Source: a virus
Lineage: Duplodnaviria; Caudoviricetes
IMG/VR virus record: IMGVR_UViG_3300023076_000006
Span: 1-41,057 of that record
Length of the DNA stretch: 41,057 nt
Reading direction: 5' to 3' (one strand)
Part shown: positions 1 to 7,205 of the stretch, piece after piece
How the letters are laid out: each line of letters opens with the position of its first letter
Position numbering within the stretch: position 1 is the stretch's first letter
Program-made: the position numbers and the translations under genes
Notes under the pieces: generated by a model
What the model was told of the DNA's origin: nothing
What the model saw: only the letters and a program-made list of their open reading frames with translations
Databases searched by the model: none

Positions 1-5
1 AGTTT

Positions 6-131
6 GGACAGCCATTTATCAGCGGATTGCTATGCTATTATCTTTTATAAGGGTGGTAAGTATAGTACCCCGCTATACAAAGGACAAAGAAATGAACTTA
101 TAAGCGACACTGGATTTTTGTTTAAAGACCT
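6..131. repeat. Terminal direct repeat, left copy (126 bp exact)
   Basis: ggacagccatttatc...tttaaagacct is identical to 40932-41057; indicates a circular assembly overlap. Confidence 0.97.
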
Positions 132-152
132 TACGGATCGTTAACCCCTCAC

Positions 153-184
153 ACCCCGCTTGCAGGAATGTAGGCGGGGTTTTA
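153..184. terminator. Intrinsic terminator between the convergent early and late arms
   Basis: accccgcttgca-ggaa-tgtaggcggggt, 12-bp stem with GU pairs, followed by T run; lies between the junction ORF stop (144) and the endolysin stop (182). Confidence 0.75.
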
Positions 185-904
185 CCCTAAAACCTGATTG
201 ATCTTACTGTAGTATTTCAGGCGTACGTCGTAGCCGATAGCTGTACGCTCTTTACTGCCTGTGTTGATTACGGAGCAAACCTGTTTGAATGTACCGGTCT
301 TGGATAGCGATATTAGGTTACGATATACGGCAAAGAACCAGCACGCCGAATCCAAGGCGCCACGGTCTGAGTCTTGTATAAATTCGGCCGCATCTTCGGG
401 CGTCATTTTATTATACTTGCCGTAGTCTGTGTACGTCGCCCTCCCCGTAAGTCCTATGAACCCACCCCCTTTAAAATCCCAGCCGTCATTCGGCTTTACA
501 TTTCCCATTCTGCCCCCGTATGTGTCATTAGCGATCTCAACGGGATTTCGATGTAAATACTTCGCTTGGGCGTTGGGGATATAAGGAGGTTTTGAAGTGG
601 TAGAATATCTCTTTGGGAACGTATTAGCAAGCCCCTGAGCGCTGTAATTCATGTTTTCTTGTCGGTGGGAACATTCGCCAGACTCCTGCAAAATATTGGC
701 TAAAAACATTCGAAAGGGCAGTTTCTCCGTTATCCCATACTTGGTACACAATTCATTTATAAGGGCTGAAAGTTCAGCGCACCTCTCTTTCGAAAGCGTT
801 GAAGTAACTGCGTCCAATTGTTCAGGGGTAATGAGCATAGTATCAGGCATTTTATCTACAGCAAAAGATGATATGAGGCGGGCGATCCAGCCGGGCATCT
901 GCAT
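182..904 (-). CDS. Endolysin, glycoside hydrolase family 19 (chitinase-like)
   Basis: Motifs FLANILQES, ENMNYS, YGGRMGN, DGWDFKGGGFIGLTGR, SACWFF typical of phage GH19 lysins; last gene of the late operon. Confidence 0.88.
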   Translation of the reverse strand: MQMPGWIARLISSFAVDKMPDTMLITPEQLDAVTSTLSKERCAELSALINELCTKYGITEKLPFRMFLANILQESGECSHRQENMNYSAQGLANTFPKRYSTTSKPPYIPNAQAKYLHRNPVEIANDTYGGRMGNVKPNDGWDFKGGGFIGLTGRATYTDYGKYNKMTPEDAAEFIQDSDRGALDSACWFFAVYRNLISLSKTGTFKQVCSVINTGSKERTAIGYDVRLKYYSKINQVLG

Positions 905-1407
905 TACACTGTCCTCCTTTTAACCACCCACACAACACCGCCGCCAAGTACAGCGGCCACGGCAATGATGATCCAGAAGCGTATAAGGGCTATCCTTCGC
1001 CATTTATCGTACTCCTTGGTCTTGGCTTCAAGTAAAGTGATTGCACGCCGGGAATCGCCGCGGGCTAGCTCCAGGGCTGCAGTATTTTCGATTTCGATAG
1101 TATCGTGGATAGTTATACGCTCCACTGTTCGGACGCCTGGCAGTTGCACCGTCTTGTATATCCGAACCGTATCGTGGCTGTAGAGGGTATCGTAGTAGGT
1201 TGAGCCTTCCGTGTAGAAGGTATCGCGCCGGGTAACAGTATCGCGCCGGACAGTTCCAACCTTTGGCGGGTAGGCGATCGCGCAATACTCCTGCCCCACC
1301 TGTGGAAAGGCGGTAACAGCTTTGCCAAGCGCTATCTTAGCCTTTCGTTCCGAGTAGCAGGAGGCGAAAAGAATGCACAGTATAGTGGCGGCAAGGGTCG
1401 CCCTCAT
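904..1407 (-). CDS. Probable unimolecular spanin (u-spanin)
   Basis: N-terminal lipoprotein signal with lipobox FASC, beta-rich Thr/Asp middle, C-terminal TM helix plus basic tail; next to the endolysin. Confidence 0.7.
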   Translation of the reverse strand: MRATLAATILCILFASCYSERKAKIALGKAVTAFPQVGQEYCAIAYPPKVGTVRRDTVTRRDTFYTEGSTYYDTLYSHDTVRIYKTVQLPGVRTVERITIHDTIEIENTAALELARGDSRRAITLLEAKTKEYDKWRRIALIRFWIIIAVAAVLGGGVVWVVKRRTV

Positions 1408-1700
1408 TTCTCCACTACTTTAACCGTTGAATCGCCGTCTTTAACCGATTCCACCGTAGCCTTTGGTGCGTTCTTGATCGTTATCTCTGCAGGAGTGCCA
1501 AAATTCTTGATAAGATAAGCAATACCACCGGCAAGAGCGGAAATAACAATCAGTTTAACGTTGAATGTCAGCGAGCCCTGGTTAAGTGAGTCCATCACGA
1601 TTGCAAGCACCGGCGTAATGACGGCCATCAGCAACCCGCGCGTGAAGTCGTTAAGGTTCAGGGAAAATTTCTTCGATGTCGTAACCGTTTGTTGTGGCAT
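1404..1700 (-). CDS. Holin-like protein (2 TM)
   Basis: Two hydrophobic helices, charged C-terminus, in the lysis cassette. Confidence 0.6.
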   Translation of the reverse strand: MPQQTVTTSKKFSLNLNDFTRGLLMAVITPVLAIVMDSLNQGSLTFNVKLIVISALAGGIAYLIKNFGTPAEITIKNAPKATVESVKDGDSTVKVVEK

Positions 1701-1706
1701 ATAGGT

Positions 1707-2054
1707 TTATTTAAGATTTTGTTTCTTCTTTTTTAGCCATGGAAAGATAGCAAATAAATAATCGCCCCATTCTACAAGGATTCTTTTAATAATAAAGTCC
1801 CCTATAAGGGCTGCTCCGGAAGCAATTACCCCGGCATACCCGGACCATCCGAATACAATACAAGCTTTATAGGCCATTGATCCTGTCCAGCAACATAGTA
1901 TAAATTTTATGACAATCTCACGCCGCGTTAATTTTCGGGTCTGACTATCGTACGCAACCCTTGCGGTGGCACCGAAAACTACATATGACATGCCGGCCAG
2001 TATCTTTGCCCACATTTGTAACTTATCCGGATCGGGGGGCTGATTATCACCCAT
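1707..2054 (-). CDS. Holin-like membrane protein (3 TM); start likely ATG 2054
   Basis: Three hydrophobic segments, poly-Lys C-terminus; ATG 2 nt after the upstream stop. Confidence 0.55.
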   Translation of the reverse strand: MGDNQPPDPDKLQMWAKILAGMSYVVFGATARVAYDSQTRKLTRREIVIKFILCCWTGSMAYKACIVFGWSGYAGVIASGAALIGDFIIKRILVEWGDYLFAIFPWLKKKKQNLK

Positions 2055-2056
2055 TA

Positions 2057-2401
2057 TTATCTTTTTCTGTGTTCGTCGATAATCTTGTATATTATGACAG
2101 CTGCGTAAACTCCCATAACCAGCCAGCCCCAAATGAAGTCATAAGCCTGCAATCCGTCAACATAGGTAAGCTGTTTCACCACGTTCCCTACAGACAATAC
2201 TGTAAGGCATTGAATAAGCAGGTATTCGATAGGCATTTTAATCCATTCAACAGATTTCCCACAGTCGTATAGCAAGAAAAATAAAAAGAAGGCGAGAGGT
2301 ATATGGTAATAGTTTTCACTACCCCATTTTATCCAGTTCATATTCCCGGCAACAAACGCAAAACCGCTAATGATCACTGCTATTTTCGATAGCTGTATCA
2401 T
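2057..2401 (-). CDS. Hypothetical membrane protein (~4 TM) in lysis region
   Basis: Hydrophobic 114-aa ORF, ATGA-coupled to the upstream gene. Confidence 0.65.
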   Translation of the reverse strand: MIQLSKIAVIISGFAFVAGNMNWIKWGSENYYHIPLAFFLFFLLYDCGKSVEWIKMPIEYLLIQCLTVLSVGNVVKQLTYVDGLQAYDFIWGWLVMGVYAAVIIYKIIDEHRKR

Positions 2402-2604
2402 CTCGGGCGGGGTCTTTCGCCTATGAAACGTCCGTCTGCGCTTAGTTGCATATTCATGTCGTTTGCTGCGGCTTCCGCACCTGCCAGCGTAGGAAATTCC
2501 AGCGCCTGGTTTTCATTTCCCCACTCGCAATCATTCACCGCGGTCGAATAGGTTTTACAAAAAAGACCCGTTACTGTGTCTTTAATCACTCCCTTGTCTG
2601 GCAT
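2398..2604 (-). CDS. Small hypothetical protein
   Basis: 68-aa ORF fits the operon packing; ends in GERPRPR. Confidence 0.65.
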   Translation of the reverse strand: MPDKGVIKDTVTGLFCKTYSTAVNDCEWGNENQALEFPTLAGAEAAANDMNMQLSADGRFIGERPRPR

Positions 2605-2606
2605 AA

Positions 2607-2933
2607 CTACTTATTTAAACTGTTAATAATAATTAATACTGAAGATACTATAAGTGCCGCTAAAATACCCCAAAGCCATTTCCTTTCTGCATCACGCCTA
2701 ATTTTCTCCTGTTCCAGCCGGTCAATCCTGAATGCAAGCCCGTCCTTCCCGTATACAAGTTCATGCTGCTCCTGTCGCTCTGCATGGTGTCGGCTGTTTT
2801 CCCTGGCGCGCGTCGCTTTTTCACTTTCCGCATCTGCCACCAGCCGGTTTAACTGAAACCCCAATGTTTCCATTTTTGAGTCAAGCTTGCCGATCTTTTC
2901 ATATACGATCTCTATCTTTTCGTCGCTTGTCAC
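2607..2933 (-). CDS. Coiled-coil protein with C-terminal TM helix (XhlA/holin-like)
   Basis: Heptad-rich N-part, hydrophobic C-terminal helix; GTG start immediately after the previous stop. Confidence 0.6.
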   Translation of the reverse strand: MTSDEKIEIVYEKIGKLDSKMETLGFQLNRLVADAESEKATRARENSRHHAERQEQHELVYGKDGLAFRIDRLEQEKIRRDAERKWLWGILAALIVSSVLIIINSLNK

Positions 2934-2934
2934 T

Positions 2935-3411
2935 TTATAGTTTCTTTACCCCGTAGACATATACTGATACGGTGGATGCGGAAAGAGACGCGGTAGTTAC
3001 CTCAACACCAATATTCCCGGTACTTCTCACCACGCCTGAAAGTATCAGCATCTGGTTGTTGTCAGTGGAATTAAGCCCTGCCAGTGGGCTCACTGATACC
3101 ATATAACCTGCATCTGTTTTTATCCTTATTACGCCAATCCCCAATGTACCGGAACCAAATTTGACACAAGCAATAAGCGGAGAATGAGTAGCCAGCGAAA
3201 CACCAATGGCATAATCTAGATTAGTAGTGGCTAAAGAAGCTACTGACACACCCGTTTTTGAAGCAATAAGTGTAAGTCCATTAAGATACCCGGCAGTAGT
3301 TGCAAGGGATGACCATACAAAACCACCACGGGAACTATCAGCAGTAAATATAACCTGGGATTTTGCCGTAGTGGAAAAAACAATCAATGCTATCGCGATA
3401 AACTTTTTCAT
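2935..3411 (-). CDS. Signal-peptide-bearing beta-rich protein at the end of the tail module
   Basis: MKKFIAIALIVFSTTAKS|Q Sec-type signal; ATGA overlap with the tail-spike gene. Confidence 0.75.
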   Translation of the reverse strand: MKKFIAIALIVFSTTAKSQVIFTADSSRGGFVWSSLATTAGYLNGLTLIASKTGVSVASLATTNLDYAIGVSLATHSPLIACVKFGSGTLGIGVIRIKTDAGYMVSVSPLAGLNSTDNNQMLILSGVVRSTGNIGVEVTTASLSASTVSVYVYGVKKL

Positions 3412-6251
3412 CTTTTCTTTAGTTTAATTATTTCTTTTTTGAGTTGGTCAATCGTTTTTTGCTGTTCCTGTATAGCATTGATCATAGCAGCCATGATGTT
3501 TCTGTCTTGGATGGATTTAAACCCTTCTGAGTTAACACCAATTGCATTACTTCCCAAAGCATATTCAATGTTCTGTGCAGAAAAACCATTGTAAATATGG
3601 GAAGTCTCCATACCGCTGGCATCATTCCACTTAAAACTTATTGGCTTTATTTTCATTATCGCTGCCAACCCTGCGCGGTATCTTCCCTGCACATTTTTTA
3701 GCCGTACATCCGACACGCTGGATATATTACCGCTCGCATCGAAAGTCGCAGTGCCCGCTCCAAAGTTTGCAAAGCGCACAGTACCGGTTGTGTGCAGTTT
3801 GGCTGAAGGGGAAGATGTACCTATACCTATATTGCCAGCCGCATCAATAGCCATCGCATCAATATTTGCCCCGCCAGTAGTATAGTTTCCAATGATCCAG
3901 GTTGATGCGCGTAATTCGCCCGGTTGCCCCCCACTTAACCCGTTGTTGGCGGAATAAAGCCCGTTCGCTGATCCGCCATTGAAAAACTGAAAACTATTGT
4001 TACTTGCTGTATTTACTTTCAATTGAACCGTACCGGAACTACCAGAACCCATTGTTACCTGATTGGAAAAAGTAGCCGCGCCGGATGATGCTAACGAAAG
4101 TTTTGTTGCGCCATTTGGCTGAAAATTAATCTCACTCCCACCGAGATGCAGGGGGGTAAATGTGCTTAGGTTGTTCTGTAAAGAATACATCGCGTTCACT
4201 CCTGAACTTCCATACAGGTAAATATTATTGTTCGGCTCTGTCGCTACTCCAAAAGCTATTTGACTTGACGTTCCAGAACCTACTCTAAAGTTGTTTGCAA
4301 CCGTAGATGCGCCATTGATATTGAAGCCAGCTGGTTGAACACTTGCAGTTTGATTTAAAATAAAGTTACCGGGACTGTTCGAAGTAGTAATTGACCCCTT
4401 AATTTTTGGTGATCCCGCAGCTGTGGCGGCAGATATAATCGTATTAGCAATTACCTGATGCCCGAAGTCAGTAGGGTGTATGTTGTCTACATCGAGTGTG
4501 CCATTAATTGAAGTGGGGGCATACATATAAATAATGCTGTCGGTTGACTTATTTGCATAAAGCCATGTACGATATGTATTTCCTGAAACGCCTGTTTCAT
4601 AGATTTCATCTATAAAATAAACCGCTATCCCTGCCGCTCTTAAACTGGATTCAATACGGTTCATCCTATTGGTTATCGAATCTGCATTCACCGATAATCT
4701 ATAGTCGTTGCATGGATTTTCAATGATGACGGTTTTTGGCGCAAGCGCTATAACTTCGGCAATAAATTTTAGCCAGTCGGCAGTAGTTTCATAACCGCCA
4801 CCGTGTACCACGACACTGTATTTATCCTGTAATCTTGTACCATATCTGGTAAGCCATGACCCATTATAACCTTGAGTTTTGCTTGTACCTATCAATAATA
4901 AATCTGCATAACGGGGAACAGTCGAAGTAACCGAAACACTATCGATGTAGTATTTGCCGCTATAATTAAAAATCGAAAACTGCCCTGTTGCTGGCGGTGG
5001 CGTGGTCGAGCCAGGCATAGATAGATTAGCTACCGGGGTGGTGATGGTCGCACTATTAGTTGTCTGGTTTCTTACACTTGCGTAGGTGCTTGAACCATTC
5101 CGAACCACAGTAAGCACAATGTAATCACCGGGGGATATGGTCAGGGTTGATGCTGCGTTTGTTCCACCATCATTTGTTAATGTGCCTGTTGATGTGTTTA
5201 TGTAACTAATCAGCTTCGTGACATTGTTTAAAGATGTTGATTGCAGGCCTATGGCTAGCACTCCACCTGTTATCACTTTAGCTTTGGCGCTCATCGTCCA
5301 TTTTTCGACGTTGGAATGGAATCCACTTGTTATACCACTACCCTGATTAACGTTGATGTTGTACGAGTTCGTAAAACTTGAAGCGCCCCCACTGAAAACC
5401 AAATGCCCTGCGCTATCTGTTGGCGTATATCCATTCGCCACCCAATCACCGGTGAAATTCCCGACTGTATCGTTATAAATTGTTCCGTAATATAGCCCTT
5501 GTGACTGGCTACTACCTCCCTCCGGGTAAGCATACGCCCGGCGCATACCATTCTTAATGACAATCAGACTATCATCGCCTGCGTTATTTGATACAGAGTC
5601 TACGAATACGCCTCCCGAAGGAATATTTTGAAGTAACGCTATAGTACCAGAACTATCAGGTAACCTTAATGTCCTGTTACCAGTAATGGTACCAGGTATA
5701 ATATCTTTATAATTTACACTATTCCCAAATGATAATCTTTGAGGTTGGAGTATTCCCGAAGTTTGGTCACTGGGAGTATATGTTTCTAACGTCGGATTGC
5801 CTCCGTCATTAGTCATCTTTACATATGCACCCGAACCAGCATCATGTATAAGAGCATTGGTGGTGGAATTATCAATATTAGTTACCGATTGTAAATCCTG
5901 GCTTCCACCTGGATATTTATACGCCCTTCGTACACCACCTGTAATAACGATCAGCGAGTCCCCCCCAGCATTGTTCGATACAGAATCAACCCCTGAACCG
6001 CCGCCGCCAATCTGCGCCCACGACCCGTTATTATAACCATACAGCCGCGCGTTGCAGCTATCCCATGCTAACTGACCATCAGCGGTTAACCCTGACCGGA
6101 TCCCGGCAGGAGCACCGCAATACCCCGGTACCTTTAACGTACTGTCAAAGCCACCAGCGATCCAGATATACCGGGCGTTAATCTTAGTGTAGCCAGGTTG
6201 GGCATGTGCAACAGAGCAAAGAAGCAGTAGTGCTAAAATTATTCTTCCCAT
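3408..6251 (-). CDS. Tail fibre/spike with SGNH esterase domain and C-terminal peptidase S74 intramolecular chaperone
   Basis: SGNH blocks LLIGTSKTQG / GGGYET / ENPCND / DNIHP; S74 motifs SDVRLKN, GFSAQ, AIQEQQ coiled coil; GNIGIGT repeat-type motif; N-terminal signal peptide. Confidence 0.85.
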   Translation of the reverse strand: MGRIILALLLLCSVAHAQPGYTKINARYIWIAGGFDSTLKVPGYCGAPAGIRSGLTADGQLAWDSCNARLYGYNNGSWAQIGGGGSGVDSVSNNAGGDSLIVITGGVRRAYKYPGGSQDLQSVTNIDNSTTNALIHDAGSGAYVKMTNDGGNPTLETYTPSDQTSGILQPQRLSFGNSVNYKDIIPGTITGNRTLRLPDSSGTIALLQNIPSGGVFVDSVSNNAGDDSLIVIKNGMRRAYAYPEGGSSQSQGLYYGTIYNDTVGNFTGDWVANGYTPTDSAGHLVFSGGASSFTNSYNINVNQGSGITSGFHSNVEKWTMSAKAKVITGGVLAIGLQSTSLNNVTKLISYINTSTGTLTNDGGTNAASTLTISPGDYIVLTVVRNGSSTYASVRNQTTNSATITTPVANLSMPGSTTPPPATGQFSIFNYSGKYYIDSVSVTSTVPRYADLLLIGTSKTQGYNGSWLTRYGTRLQDKYSVVVHGGGYETTADWLKFIAEVIALAPKTVIIENPCNDYRLSVNADSITNRMNRIESSLRAAGIAVYFIDEIYETGVSGNTYRTWLYANKSTDSIIYMYAPTSINGTLDVDNIHPTDFGHQVIANTIISAATAAGSPKIKGSITTSNSPGNFILNQTASVQPAGFNINGASTVANNFRVGSGTSSQIAFGVATEPNNNIYLYGSSGVNAMYSLQNNLSTFTPLHLGGSEINFQPNGATKLSLASSGAATFSNQVTMGSGSSGTVQLKVNTASNNSFQFFNGGSANGLYSANNGLSGGQPGELRASTWIIGNYTTGGANIDAMAIDAAGNIGIGTSSPSAKLHTTGTVRFANFGAGTATFDASGNISSVSDVRLKNVQGRYRAGLAAIMKIKPISFKWNDASGMETSHIYNGFSAQNIEYALGSNAIGVNSEGFKSIQDRNIMAAMINAIQEQQKTIDQLKKEIIKLKKR

Positions 6252-6502
6252 TTGATATATATTTTTTCATCTGTGTATACATCGGAGGCTCCGGAACTAT
6301 CCAGAACCGACTCGAATACCTGTTCAAATATAAACAATCCGGCCGGTTGGTACCATACCTGCCGGTTGCCGGGCGTTGATTCAACAATATCAAAATCCAC
6401 CCCATTGCGCTCAACCTTTACTATGCGCCGGTAAGCCAATCCCGGTACAGATAAAGCATTCAGCCCGTTGGGGGCGTTATATACATTTGATTTAAGAGCC
6501 AT
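6239..6502 (-). CDS. Small virion-associated protein (stand-alone 'GNRQ' domain)
   Basis: 87 aa, resembles the C-terminus of 6492..7205. Confidence 0.7.
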   Translation of the reverse strand: MALKSNVYNAPNGLNALSVPGLAYRRIVKVERNGVDFDIVESTPGNRQVWYQPAGLFIFEQVFESVLDSSGASDVYTDEKIYIKWEE

Positions 6503-7205
6503 CTTCCACCCATTCTACGTAAATAGTTTCTCCGTCATTGAAAGGGTTAGCCGGATCAAATGTAACCGAAGCCCCCCCGCTATAACGCGCCTGCCGGTTG
6601 CCCGGTACACCAGAGTCTACGATATCGTGCCCGGTCCCGGACCTGCTAATTAACACCACCCGGTGACCCGCGAAATCCCTTCCCTCACTTCCGGGACCGG
6701 ATATACCTGTCTGCCCGGTTGTTGCAGTCCACCAGTCAGAATACACCGATTCGCAAACAATATCTCCCGGATCATCAACAGATGAAACGGATATACCGCC
6801 CGATCCCTGTAATTGCAAATCGAACTCTCCAAAACCCGTTTGCGCCCCGTTAAGGTCGGTGGATTCTACAAGAAAAAAACCCTGTATAATTTTTACCCCT
6901 CCGTCAATATCCTGAAAAATAAACTGACAATCCAGTTCAGACCTTCTTACAGCCTCTTGTAAAAAATGAAATATGCTTAACCTTAACGGGCTGCTTTCCG
7001 TAAGAATAATACCGCTAACAGACCCGCTGCAGTCACTCATTCGTATGCGCCTTTTCCTAAACCCTCCCGACGCGTTCACGTCTGTTTTTCCAATCAGTTC
7101 GTTTTGAAAGTTAAAAGCCACAGCTGTCGCGCACCCGGCCTCGATGTAACCGCCGGATACTTTAACCTTAAAGATAACCCCTGTGCCTAAAACTTCCTTA
7201 CTCAT
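6492..7205 (-). CDS. Second tail-tube-like protein with C-terminal accessory domain
   Basis: GCATAVAFN..KT..SGSVSG..FLVES..FDLQLQGSG pattern of TP901-1/lambda-like tube proteins. Confidence 0.6.
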   Translation of the reverse strand: MSKEVLGTGVIFKVKVSGGYIEAGCATAVAFNFQNELIGKTDVNASGGFRKRRIRMSDCSGSVSGIILTESSPLRLSIFHFLQEAVRRSELDCQFIFQDIDGGVKIIQGFFLVESTDLNGAQTGFGEFDLQLQGSGGISVSSVDDPGDIVCESVYSDWWTATTGQTGISGPGSEGRDFAGHRVVLISRSGTGHDIVDSGVPGNRQARYSGGASVTFDPANPFNDGETIYVEWVEDGS

